Under the pieces are notes generated by a model. It saw only the letters and a program-made list of their open reading frames with translations, made no database searches and had not been told where the DNA came from. The position numbers and the translations under genes are program-made. From an uncultured delta proteobacterium (lineage in GTDB: Bacteria > Desulfobacterota > Syntrophia > Syntrophales > Smithellaceae), in assembly GCA_963753975.1 (NCBI GenBank), contig CAVWEH010000002.1, forward strand, positions 576,001 to 640,000: 64,000 nucleotides of DNA, in the 5' to 3' direction. Each line of letters starts with the position of its first letter. Within the stretch, counting starts at the first letter, position 1. Below are positions 42,400 to 51,935 of the stretch, in pieces.

Positions 42400-42915
42400 A
42401 TGAAAATACTTATCCTCGGTATGGGCAACCCCATCCTGTCAGACGACGGTGTGGGGTTATTGGCAGCAGAAAAGCTCCGGCACAGAATCCCCGGGGCGGA
42501 TGTGGCGTCAAGCGCCATGATTGGCCTTTCCCTCTTCGATCTGATTATCGGTTACGATGCGTTCTTTATCATCGATGCCATGACCACGCGGAACGGAAAA
42601 CCGGGAGAACTGAAAAAGATCGGCGAAGATGACCGGCACGGCACGCTGCATCTCTTCTCTTCCCACGGTCTGAATATCTTTGAACTGATGGAGCTCGGTG
42701 TTCGCTGTGGTTATGACATGCCCCGACTTTCGGCAGTTTATGGGATTGAAATAGGCAACGAAGTTGCCTTCGGTGAAACACTTTCGTCCTCGCTAAATGA
42801 GAAACTTCCCGCCATAGTCGAAGAAATCATCGACGACATAAACATTATCCTCTTCTCTTGGAAACAGATCAAAACGCCGAACTGCATCATGCTGCGTCAT
42901 TCCGAGAAGCGGTAG
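42400..42915 (+). CDS. Hydrogenase maturation protease
   Basis: LGMGN-ILSDDGVG, IIDA, SSH. Confidence 0.88.
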   Translation: MKILILGMGNPILSDDGVGLLAAEKLRHRIPGADVASSAMIGLSLFDLIIGYDAFFIIDAMTTRNGKPGELKKIGEDDRHGTLHLFSSHGLNIFELMELGVRCGYDMPRLSAVYGIEIGNEVAFGETLSSSLNEKLPAIVEEIIDDINIILFSWKQIKTPNCIMLRHSEKR

Positions 42916-42923
42916 CGACGAGT

Positions 42924-44903
42924 TTATTTCCCATTGTATGCGGGTAAAGATATAATAAAACTCGTTCCAGCGTCCGGGTTGCGTTCCGCATCGATGGTGC
43001 CGTTGTGTTTTTGGATAATTCCGTACACGATGGAAAGTCCCAGTCCCGTTCCCTGACCTGGTTCCTTCGTCGTGAAGAATGGTTCAAAGATGTGAGAAAG
43101 GTGTTCCTCGTCTATCCCCTTACCCGTGTCTGATATGGAAATTCTGACGGAATTGTTCTTCTTACTCAACCCACTAGAAATCTTCAGCTTTCCGCCGCCT
43201 TTCATGGCATCGGCTGCGTTGATAAAAAGATTCAGGAAAACTTCTTCCAGTCTTGATCTGTCACACTTCACTTCGGGAAGATTTTCCGCAAGCTTGGCTT
43301 CGATTTCTATCCCGTGAAACATGGATTGGTCTCTGACCAGTTTGAGAGAGGTATTGATGACCTGATTTATCTGCAGAGGAAGCATTTCGCCTGTCGGCGC
43401 TCTCGCAAAATCCAGCAGACTATGCACAATTTCTTTACAGCGGTTCGTCTGATAGATGATCTTCTGCATATTTTCCCGTGCGGGGCTATCCTCCGGGATA
43501 TCTTCCAGGACGATGTTGCTGTACAGAAGAATTCCACCCAGTGGATTGTTGATTTCGTGGGCGACACCCGCCGCCATCTCACCGAGGGCAGTCAGTTTTT
43601 CGGTTTTTGCGAGTTGTTGATGCATTTTCTGCAATTGATCATTGTGGTCTTTGAGGGAGCTGGCCATGTCATTGAAGGCTGCATCCAGCATAGCAAAACC
43701 CGATATATTATCAGGCGCTAGTTTGTAGTCCAGGTTGCCGGAGGCGATGGCTTCCGTAGCCTTCTTGAGGATGCGTATTCTCTTGATGATGGTGTTACCC
43801 AAATAAAGAGAAATGATAAACGCTATAATCATTCCCAGAGTTGTTATTCCCAGGTTTATCCAGATCATTTCCTTTTGTATGTCCCGGTATTTGGCTTCGA
43901 GAATCCCTGTGTAAAGCACGCCGATGAGTTTTTTATCGATGTTAAAAATAGGGGTATAAGTGGTAATGTACCAGTCTTTCACAACAAAAGCCCTGCCCAC
44001 CCAGTCTTTCCCTTCCTTGATGACCCGGTCATAAACTTCTTTGGAAAGAATAGTGCCAATGGCCCTTTTGTTATCTTTTGTCATAACGTTGGTGGATATA
44101 CGCACACCCCCCTGAAATATAGTGGCCACGCCCATTTCCTGACCTTTGTATTTTTCGTCGTGATACACGGTCTCTTTAATCTTATCCACTATCTCATTGT
44201 CCTTATTAATCAGAACGCCTCCGACCAAAACGCCCAACAACATGTTACTGTTTCTATCCATTACCGGATATGCAACTTTCATGACCATGCCTTCCGAGAG
44301 TTTATCTTCCCTGATTTCGGCGGACAAAGGCGTTTTCACAATATCCATTTTCGCCCGGTCCGAAAGCGCGGGATTTTCTCTTACAATGTTTTTAATGGAC
44401 ATGAGTTCGGTTGAGGAGAGGGGGATTTTTTTTTCTATGCAGTTTTTGACGAGGGGATCCTTCAGAAGGCTGTCCCCTCTGATTGCCGGATTAGACGCCC
44501 TGTACAATACCTTCCCTCCGGCATCAACAAGCGTGAGCATATCAAGCAAAATATGGTCATTCCCAGGCTGTGCTCCTGTCCCGCTGCGGATGAGTGCTTT
44601 CATATAGGCCATGCCGGAGATATCATGCCTGTTGATAAGCTCATTCAGGTCGGACCCCTCGGCGGTAAACTGAATCAGGGACATAATTTTATCGAGCTTA
44701 TTATTATATATCAGCTTGGCCGTATTGATATCGAGGCGCACCCTGTCCTGCACCTCCGCAATAGTGTTCCTGTTGATTGTCCATATGCTGATAATGGTGG
44801 CAAAGATACCTGTAAGGCACGTGACAATCAGAAATCCAAACGCAAGACGGCTTTGTAAGTCCAACTTAAAAAGCCGCCGTATTTGTTTATTATTGATTTT
44901 CAT
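42924..44903 (-). CDS. Membrane sensor histidine kinase (Cache, HAMP, HisKA, HATPase)
   Basis: 2 TM, RISTNV...RAIGT Cache motif, AHEINNPL, FEPFFTTK, GTGLGL. Confidence 0.92.
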   Translation of the reverse strand: MKINNKQIRRLFKLDLQSRLAFGFLIVTCLTGIFATIISIWTINRNTIAEVQDRVRLDINTAKLIYNNKLDKIMSLIQFTAEGSDLNELINRHDISGMAYMKALIRSGTGAQPGNDHILLDMLTLVDAGGKVLYRASNPAIRGDSLLKDPLVKNCIEKKIPLSSTELMSIKNIVRENPALSDRAKMDIVKTPLSAEIREDKLSEGMVMKVAYPVMDRNSNMLLGVLVGGVLINKDNEIVDKIKETVYHDEKYKGQEMGVATIFQGGVRISTNVMTKDNKRAIGTILSKEVYDRVIKEGKDWVGRAFVVKDWYITTYTPIFNIDKKLIGVLYTGILEAKYRDIQKEMIWINLGITTLGMIIAFIISLYLGNTIIKRIRILKKATEAIASGNLDYKLAPDNISGFAMLDAAFNDMASSLKDHNDQLQKMHQQLAKTEKLTALGEMAAGVAHEINNPLGGILLYSNIVLEDIPEDSPARENMQKIIYQTNRCKEIVHSLLDFARAPTGEMLPLQINQVINTSLKLVRDQSMFHGIEIEAKLAENLPEVKCDRSRLEEVFLNLFINAADAMKGGGKLKISSGLSKKNNSVRISISDTGKGIDEEHLSHIFEPFFTTKEPGQGTGLGLSIVYGIIQKHNGTIDAERNPDAGTSFIISLPAYNGK

Positions 44904-44954
44904 TGCGTCTGCCTGCTGTTAGAAATTACCTGTACACTAGCACAGATAAAATAA

Positions 44955-45086
44955 CATTATCAAACGTTCTTTGAAGGAGTCGGCACGCAACCTGATGCCT
45001 CCGAAGGAATTGACTCTTTTCTGAAAAAGCGCGAGCCGCAATGGAAGATGTCGGTCAGCCGCGACTTTCCGGATTTCTTGAGATAA
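44955..45086 (+). pseudogene. Remnant C-terminus of an enoyl-CoA hydratase/crotonase
   Basis: Reads ...GTQPDASEGIDSFLKKREPQWKMSVSRDFPDFLR* (crotonase D--EG--SF-EKR-P-W/F tail); preceded by an in-frame stop, no start. Confidence 0.6.
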
Positions 45087-45176
45087 GACAAAGAAAGGAT
45101 AATACGCATTTTTGTTCTTTATTGGGAAAAACGTAGCCAATAATCCAAGGTTTTTTCACTTCCGGGAATAATTTTA

Positions 45177-45244
45177 TTGACAGTCAAGTTTAATTTATGA
45201 TACTCAAACGGCCAAGAAAGATTCATGTGAAATTAGAATTTCAC
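45177..45244 (+). promoter_or_regulatory. Sigma70-like promoter and palindromic operator upstream of the second hydrogenase cluster
   Basis: TTGACA (45177)-N16-GATACT; GTGAAATT-AG-AATTTCAC at 45227-45244. Confidence 0.5.
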
Positions 45245-45308
45245 TTAATTATATCAAATACTTTCTTTATTCCAGGAAACGCTGTATTTTTTTGATGAGG
45301 AGCGGACA

Positions 45309-45668
45309 TTGAAACTGCGTGAAGTAAAAGAAATACTCAAAGCCGATGTAATTGTCGGCAAAGAAAATTTAGATATGGAAGTCAAAACAGCGTTTGGAGC
45401 CGATTTGATGAGTGACGTTCTGGCCTTCGCGAAAGCGGGCAGTCTTTTGCTAACCGGGCTCACCAATACGCAGGTCATCAGAATCGCCAATGTTCTGGAC
45501 ATTGCCGCTATAATTTTAGTTAGAGGGAAAAAGCCGACGGCAGAAACTATGGATCTGGCCAAAAAACTTCAAATTCCCATTTTAACGACAAAATATATTC
45601 TATTTGAAACGGCGGGGCGTCTTTACGCCAAAGGTATCGTTGGTTGCCTGGAAAAAGTTGAAAATTAA
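45309..45668 (+). CDS. DRTGG domain protein
   Basis: ADLMSDVL, LLTGL-N-Q--R-A, VRGK; TTG start after GAGGAG. Confidence 0.85.
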   Translation: MKLREVKEILKADVIVGKENLDMEVKTAFGADLMSDVLAFAKAGSLLLTGLTNTQVIRIANVLDIAAIILVRGKKPTAETMDLAKKLQIPILTTKYILFETAGRLYAKGIVGCLEKVEN

Positions 45669-45669
45669 A

Positions 45670-46107
45670 GTGTGCGCAACTGAAAGTGCTTTATATAAGA
45701 ATAGTTTTTATATTGAAGGCGGTAATTTTAGCGATGCGGGGACTGTTTCCACCCGTATAAAATCGATCCTCAAACAAATGGGGTTACCCAACGACATCGT
45801 TAGGAAATCAGCCATTATTTGTTATGAAGCGGAAATTAATATCGTTTCTTATGCGAGAAAAGGAAAAATCAATCTTACAGTCACTCCCAAGACTGTCGAA
45901 ATTGAGGTAGTTGACGAAGGACCGGGAATACCCGATATTGAATTAGCAATGCAGGAAGGATATTCCACGGCGAGCCAGCAAATAAGAGAAATGGGTTTTG
46001 GCGCCGGTATGGGACTACATAACATCAAAAGCTATTCCGATACATTCAACATCTCGTCAGAAGTGGCCAAAGGAACTTTCTTGAAAATGATTATTAACAC
46101 CCAATAA
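45670..46107 (+). CDS. Anti-sigma-factor-like Ser/Thr kinase (RsbW/HATPase_c)
   Basis: YEAEINI, DEGPGI, GYSTA---IREMGFGAGMGL. Confidence 0.85.
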   Translation: MCATESALYKNSFYIEGGNFSDAGTVSTRIKSILKQMGLPNDIVRKSAIICYEAEINIVSYARKGKINLTVTPKTVEIEVVDEGPGIPDIELAMQEGYSTASQQIREMGFGAGMGLHNIKSYSDTFNISSEVAKGTFLKMIINTQ

Positions 46108-46124
46108 CACCCTCAAGGTTTATC

Positions 46125-46466
46125 ATGGATATTGAAACTATTGTTAAAAAATTTAATTTAAAAGTAAGGTCTGCGTCAGACAGACTTAAGAATAATGTCA
46201 CAGGAGGTTACACGGGAGATCTCTTAAGCGATGTAATGGCAAATTCTCACGAGGGAGATATCTGGATAACAAGACAGGTGCACCAAAATATAGTTGCCAT
46301 AGCCACGTTGAAAGAACATGCTGGTATAATTCTGGTTAATTCCTGCGAACCGGCCAGGGAAACGCTGGAAAAAGCCGCTCAAGAAAACGTGCCCATCATG
46401 GTTTCCAACTTGTCCGCGTTCGAGCTGACGGGCAAAATTTACAACTTGCTGGCAGAAAAAAAATAG
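46125..46466 (+). CDS. DRTGG domain protein
   Basis: GGY-GDLLSDVM, WIT-Q-H-NIVA-A. Confidence 0.85.
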   Translation: MDIETIVKKFNLKVRSASDRLKNNVTGGYTGDLLSDVMANSHEGDIWITRQVHQNIVAIATLKEHAGIILVNSCEPARETLEKAAQENVPIMVSNLSAFELTGKIYNLLAEKK

Positions 46467-46537
46467 TCGCAGATGTATCGGCTTTTTATTAGAGCCGTCT
46501 GCCTATGGCCATTTTTGGTTAATTCCGAAAAAAGACG

Positions 46538-47278
46538 ATGCTTAAAGTTTTTTATTGTGATTTCCATATTCACACTTGCCTATCGCCTTGCGCCGATCTG
46601 GATATGCACCCCCAAGCCCTGGTAGAAAAAGCCCTCGCAGCAAAACTCGATATCATCGCTATCTGCGATCACAACTCTTCCGAAAACGTACCTTATGTTA
46701 TCAAGGCGGCGGAAGGAAAAAATCTAAAAATATTGCCGGGAATGGAAATAACGACAAGCGAAGAAGTGCATCTCATCGCCATTTTTAATTCCTTGTCCGA
46801 TCTGGCGGCGCTGCAAGTGCTTGTGTATCAACACTTGGCGGGTACAAACGATGAGCAAAAGTTCGGTGTTCAGGCGATTGTCAACGAGAAGGGCGAAGTG
46901 GAAGGAATAAACGATAAATTATTAATCGGCGCCACCGATCTTCCGTTAAATGAATTATTGAATTATTTACATGAACTGAACGGATTGGCCGTAGCGGCGC
47001 ATATTGACAGGGAAAGCTTCAGCGTTTTGAGCCAACTGGGCTTCATCGATGAAAAGACGCATTTTGACGCATTGGAGATAACAGCGGCAACAGGATTTGC
47101 ACAGGCAAGGGTCAAATATAAAGAATTGAGTAATTATTCTTTTATCGTGTCGTCCGATGCCCACTTTTTGAAAGACATCGGGAAGGCGGCAACGAAAATT
47201 GTCCTTGAGGAGCCGACCTTCGCCGAATTGAAAATGGCCTTCGCCGGACAAAAAGGCCGTCACATTCTGGAGCAATAA
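46538..47278 (+). CDS. PHP-family phosphoesterase
   Basis: D-HIHTCLSPC, DHN, GME---EEVH, AHIDR, SDAH. Confidence 0.88.
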   Translation: MLKVFYCDFHIHTCLSPCADLDMHPQALVEKALAAKLDIIAICDHNSSENVPYVIKAAEGKNLKILPGMEITTSEEVHLIAIFNSLSDLAALQVLVYQHLAGTNDEQKFGVQAIVNEKGEVEGINDKLLIGATDLPLNELLNYLHELNGLAVAAHIDRESFSVLSQLGFIDEKTHFDALEITAATGFAQARVKYKELSNYSFIVSSDAHFLKDIGKAATKIVLEEPTFAELKMAFAGQKGRHILEQ

Positions 47279-47826
47279 TGCTGGAGCTTGCCGAGCACAT
47301 TCTCGACATTGCCGAAAACTCCGTTCGCGCCGGTGCCAAGATAGTGGAAATTGTCATCAACGAGGATTCGGCAAAAGATTTGCTCACTATTGAAATCAAC
47401 GATAACGGCAGTGGAATGACAAAAGAAGAAATTAAAAAAGTTGAAGATCCGTTTTATACGACAAAAACCGTGCGGCGGGTGGGATTGGGAATTCCTCTAC
47501 TGGCCAACGCCGTCGCAATGGCCGGCGGCTCTCTCAGCCTGAAATCCGCAAAAGGAAAGGGAACCAAACTTACAGCGACCTTTCAACTCAGTCATTTAGA
47601 CAGGCAACCCCTGGGAAATATTACGACGACAATGCTGACTCTTATTGCCGGAAATTCAGATATTGACTTTATTTACAAACATAGGCATAGTGACCGGCGG
47701 TTCATATTGGACACGCGTCAGATACGTAAAGAAATCGAGGATGTACCCATTAATCATCCTGAAATAATTAAGTATATTCGGGGCGTTATTGACGAAGGAC
47801 TTCGCGAAATAAAACCTACGGCCTGA
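47278..47826 (+). CDS. Histidine kinase-like ATPase
   Basis: ENSV-AGA, DNG-GM, DPFYTT, GLG-PLL, H-DR-PLG. Confidence 0.85.
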   Translation: MLELAEHILDIAENSVRAGAKIVEIVINEDSAKDLLTIEINDNGSGMTKEEIKKVEDPFYTTKTVRRVGLGIPLLANAVAMAGGSLSLKSAKGKGTKLTATFQLSHLDRQPLGNITTTMLTLIAGNSDIDFIYKHRHSDRRFILDTRQIRKEIEDVPINHPEIIKYIRGVIDEGLREIKPTA

Positions 47827-47853
47827 CTCACCCGACAATCGAGGAGGAATTTG

Positions 47854-48349
47854 ATGAAAGCGGAAGATAATGAACTTTTAAATGATTTTACACCGGAACA
47901 GGTAGCCGAACTCGACAAAATTATCACGCAAGCACAAAGGCAAACCCGGCGGATTGATTCCGGTGCTGGAAGAAGCGCAAGTGGCTCTGGAATACCTGCC
48001 CATGTCCGTGCAAAAAAAGATTGCCCAAGAATTGAATTTGCCTTTGAGCCGTGTTTACGGCGTTGTCACCTTTTATTCATTCTTCACCATGACACCGCGC
48101 GGTAAGCACACTGTCCGTGTTTGCCTGGGCACAGCTTGTTATGTCCGCGGCGGTAAAGCCATTAAGGAAACTCTCGAGAAAGAATTCGGCATTAAAGAGG
48201 GCGAAACCACTCCGGATAGAATGTTCACACTGGAAACAATCCGCTGTTTGGGCGCCTGCGGCCTGGGGCCTGTGGTTGTTGTGGATGAAGATGTGCATGG
48301 CCGGATGAAGCCATCCAAAATCAAGGAAATGATGGTTCAATATAGATAG
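47854..48349 (+). CDS. HydC/NuoE-like [2Fe-2S] subunit, split by a +1 frameshift near 47930
   Basis: LIPVL, GVVTFYSFF, CLGTAC, CLGAC. Confidence 0.88.
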
Positions 48350-48388
48350 CGCATTTTTTGCAAGCAAAAAAAATAGGAGGAAACGCCG

Positions 48389-48772
48389 ATGGCGAAATTA
48401 ACTATAGATGATTTAAAAAAAATAAAAGAAAAAGTGCATAAGGAAATGTCTCTGCGGGACGGCGATCGCCGCGTCAAAGTTACAGTTCATATGGGAACCT
48501 GCGGTATCGCTTCCGGCGCCAAAGAGGTCATGGATACACTATTGCAGGAAATTGAGGCCGCCGGCGCGAATGACGTTGTCGTAACCACTTCGGGCTGTAT
48601 GGGATTATGCAGCCGCGAACCTCTGGTTACCGTGGAAGTATTAAACCAGGAACCGATAAAGTACGAATATATGAACCCCAACAAAATGAGGCAGGTGTTT
48701 AAAAGGCACATTTTGGCGGGAGAAATTCAGACGCCCTTTGTTCTGGCAAAAGGCGCTGAAGTAATCAAATGA
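48389..48772 (+). CDS. Thioredoxin-like [2Fe-2S] ferredoxin (HydD/HndB-like)
   Basis: MGTCGIASGA, GC-GLC--EP. Confidence 0.85.
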   Translation: MAKLTIDDLKKIKEKVHKEMSLRDGDRRVKVTVHMGTCGIASGAKEVMDTLLQEIEAAGANDVVVTTSGCMGLCSREPLVTVEVLNQEPIKYEYMNPNKMRQVFKRHILAGEIQTPFVLAKGAEVIK

Positions 48773-48837
48773 TTTTTTCGCCTATCATGCTTTAGATGCT
48801 GAATGCATGATAATTTCTCAAGGAGGATGTAGGCTAA

Positions 48838-51800
48838 ATGAAGGTTTTTCGTTCACACTTATTGATCTGCGGAGGCACGGGTTGTCAATCTTCCGGCAGT
48901 CATGCCGTAAAAACAGCTTTGTTGGAAGAGGTCGATAAAAGGGGATTGGCTGAAGAAATAAAGATTGTGGAAACAGGTTGTAACGGTTTTTGCGCTTTGG
49001 GTCCCATTATGGTTGTTTACCCCGAAGGCGTCATTTACGTATCTTTAAAGCCGGAAGATATCCCGCAATTAGTCGAAGAACACTTAATCAAAGGAAGGGT
49101 CTTAAAACGGCTTTTATACAGAGAACCCGTTACCGATCAGATTATTCCTACAATGCAGGATATTCCCTTTTTTGCTCTTCAGGAATTGCGGGTGTTGCGG
49201 AACCGCGGATTAATTGATCCCGAAAAAATAGATGAATATATCGCCCGTGACGGTTACGCCGGTATGGCCAAAGCGCTTACGGAAATGACCCCGGAGCAAA
49301 TTATTCAAGAAATTCTTAATTCCGGTTTACGCGGGCGCGGCGGAGCGGGATTTCCCACTGGACTGAAATGGAAGTTTGCCTCCCAGTCCAAAGGTGATGT
49401 TAAATATGTTTTGTGCAACGCCGACGAAGGCGACCCGGGCGCTTTCATGGATAGAAGCGTGCTGGAAGCAGATCCTCACGCCGTCCTGGAAGGAATGGTC
49501 ATCGCGGCCAAAGCCATCGGCTCTCATCACGGATACATTTATTGCCGCGCTGAGTATCCCTTGGCCATTCACCGTTTAAATGTCGCCATTGCCCAGGCCA
49601 AAGAAGCCGGATTACTAGGCAAAGATATCTTGGGCACGGGTTTTGATTTTGATCTGGAGATTTACCAGGGAGCCGGCGCTTTTGTCTGCGGTGAGGAAAC
49701 AGCGCTGATGACTTCCATTGAAGGAAAAAGAGGCATGCCGCGGCCGAGACCACCCTTCCCCGCCGTTGCCGGACTTTGGCAAAAGCCCAGCATCCTGAAT
49801 AACGTGGAAACTCTGGCTAATATCGGCCAGATTATTTTACGCGGCGCCAAGTGGTATGCTTCTGTGGGCACGGAAAAAAGCAAAGGAACAAAGGTTTTTG
49901 CTCTTACCGGAGATGTCGCCAATGTCGGTCTGGTGGAAGTTCCTATGGGAACGACATTAGGCACCATCGTTTATGATATCGGCGGCGGAATCCCCAAGGG
50001 GAAAAAATTCAAGGCCGCTCAGTTGGGTGGTCCTTCCGGCGGTTGTATTCCCGTGCAGCACCTGAACGCGCCCGTAGATTATGAAAAGGTTGTTGAACTC
50101 GGCGCGATTATGGGTTCCGGCGGCTTGATCGTCATGAACGAAGACAAGTGCGCGGTAGATATGGCGCGCTTTTTTATGGATTTCTGTCAGGATGAATCCT
50201 GCGGCAAATGCACTCCCTGCCGTGAGGGAACAAAACGCATGCTGGATATTTTAACCAATATCACTCTGGCTAAAGGCAAAGAAGGAGATATCGAGCTTCT
50301 CGAAGAAATGGCCGGAGTTATCAAAAATGCAGCTTTATGCGGTCTGGGTCAAACCGCGCCTAACCCGGTACTGAGCACCATTCGTTATTTCCGCAAAGAG
50401 TACGAGGAACATATACGCGAACATCGCTGCCGTGCCGCTGTTTGTTCGGCAATGTTTAAATCTCCCTGCCAGCATACCTGCCCCATTGGCATGGATATAC
50501 CTTCTTATATTGCTCTTGTCAGGGCGGGAAGATTCGATGACGCTTATAAAATATTGCTCTTGACCAACCCCTTCCCGTCTGTTTGCGGAAGAGTCTGCGA
50601 CCATAAGTGCCAGAGCAAGTGCCGCCGCGGCAATCTGGACGAACCTATAGCCATCAAATTTCTGAAAAGATTTATCACGGATAATGCCGGCCGCCCGAAA
50701 ATTGAGCTGGTGCCGCAAACGAGAAAAGAAAAGATCGCCGTGGTGGGAGCAGGTCCGGCTGGACTTACCGCTGCGCGCGACTTGGCTTTAAGAGGTTATA
50801 AGGTAACGGTTTTTGAGGAGCTTCCCCAGCCGGGAGGAATGATGTACTGGGGCATTCCTTCTTATCGCCTGCCCCGTAAAGTATTGGATAAAGAAATCGA
50901 CGACATCCGGGCACTGGGTGTCGAAATCCGTTTGAATACGCGCGTCGGCAAAGATATTACGTTTGCCAAACTGGAAAAAGATTTTCATTATGTTTATCTT
51001 GCCTCGGGAGCGCATAAGAGCCAGAAGATGAATGTCCCCGGCGAGGATTTGAAAAATGTTTTTGGCGGCGTGGAGTTCCTGCGCGATTTTAACGCCAATG
51101 AGGATAAATGGTTAAAAGGCAAAAGCAAGCTGGGTAAAAAAGTTGCTGTTATCGGCGGCGGTAATTCCGCCATCGATGCCGCCCGCATTGCCGTGCGTCT
51201 GGGAGCGGATGTAACGATTCTTTACCGCCGCTTAAGGCAGGATATGCCCGCGGCACCGGAAGAAATCAAAGCCGCCGAAGAAGAAGGAATCAAGATTGAA
51301 TATCTCATTGCCCCGTTAAAAATTGAAGGCACTAAAGAAAAAGTCGGCTCTATTACCTGCCAGCGCATGGTTCTGGGCGACTTTGACTCGAGCGGCCGTA
51401 AAAAACCGGCCGCAATTGCCGGCTCAGAATTTACCTTAAAGGTCGATTCCGTTATCGCCGCCATCGGCCAGATTCCCGATATGAGTTTTATTGATAAAAA
51501 AACCGGCATTACAATAAACAAACGGGATTGTTTTGATGTAGGTAATGACTATAAATCACGCACACCTAACCCCCGCTACTTCGCGGGCGGTGACGCCGTA
51601 ACCGGCCCGGATACCGTAATTGCCGCCATTGCCGCGGGACATCAAGCGGCAGACGATATAGATTCAGCTATCCGCAAGGCCAACAATGAGCCGGCTTATG
51701 AAAAACCGGTGCCGGAAAAAATTGATGTGCCCCTGGTTATTGATGAAGAAACGGTTGAAGCAATCCAAATGATAATGCCGGAAATATCGGACTCTAAACG

Positions 51801-51894
51801 TAAAATGAGTTTTGCGGAAGTGGAATTAGGTTTCAAGAAAGCGGACGCCATTAAAGAAGCATCGCGTTGTTTACGCTGTGACGCTGAATTATAA
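48838..51894 (+). CDS. HydB/NuoF-like FMN-NADH subunit fused to a GltD/NfnB-like FAD domain
   Basis: GRGGAGFPTG, NADEGDPGAFMDR, GGPSGGC, CGKCTPCREG; then CQHTCP, CGRVC, GAGPAG, GGGNSA..YRR, EASRCLRC. Confidence 0.9.
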   Translation: MKVFRSHLLICGGTGCQSSGSHAVKTALLEEVDKRGLAEEIKIVETGCNGFCALGPIMVVYPEGVIYVSLKPEDIPQLVEEHLIKGRVLKRLLYREPVTDQIIPTMQDIPFFALQELRVLRNRGLIDPEKIDEYIARDGYAGMAKALTEMTPEQIIQEILNSGLRGRGGAGFPTGLKWKFASQSKGDVKYVLCNADEGDPGAFMDRSVLEADPHAVLEGMVIAAKAIGSHHGYIYCRAEYPLAIHRLNVAIAQAKEAGLLGKDILGTGFDFDLEIYQGAGAFVCGEETALMTSIEGKRGMPRPRPPFPAVAGLWQKPSILNNVETLANIGQIILRGAKWYASVGTEKSKGTKVFALTGDVANVGLVEVPMGTTLGTIVYDIGGGIPKGKKFKAAQLGGPSGGCIPVQHLNAPVDYEKVVELGAIMGSGGLIVMNEDKCAVDMARFFMDFCQDESCGKCTPCREGTKRMLDILTNITLAKGKEGDIELLEEMAGVIKNAALCGLGQTAPNPVLSTIRYFRKEYEEHIREHRCRAAVCSAMFKSPCQHTCPIGMDIPSYIALVRAGRFDDAYKILLLTNPFPSVCGRVCDHKCQSKCRRGNLDEPIAIKFLKRFITDNAGRPKIELVPQTRKEKIAVVGAGPAGLTAARDLALRGYKVTVFEELPQPGGMMYWGIPSYRLPRKVLDKEIDDIRALGVEIRLNTRVGKDITFAKLEKDFHYVYLASGAHKSQKMNVPGEDLKNVFGGVEFLRDFNANEDKWLKGKSKLGKKVAVIGGGNSAIDAARIAVRLGADVTILYRRLRQDMPAAPEEIKAAEEEGIKIEYLIAPLKIEGTKEKVGSITCQRMVLGDFDSSGRKKPAAIAGSEFTLKVDSVIAAIGQIPDMSFIDKKTGITINKRDCFDVGNDYKSRTPNPRYFAGGDAVTGPDTVIAAIAAGHQAADDIDSAIRKANNEPAYEKPVPEKIDVPLVIDEETVEAIQMIMPEISDSKRKMSFAEVELGFKKADAIKEASRCLRCDAEL

Positions 51895-51935
51895 ATCTTA
51901 TGTGAGCTTATTAAATATTTTGCAAGGAGCAGGAA

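Noticed and set aside
45227..45244. Canonical Rex or CRP box
   Set aside because: Half-site spacing is wrong for both (GTGAA-N8-TTCAC). Kept only as an unknown operator.
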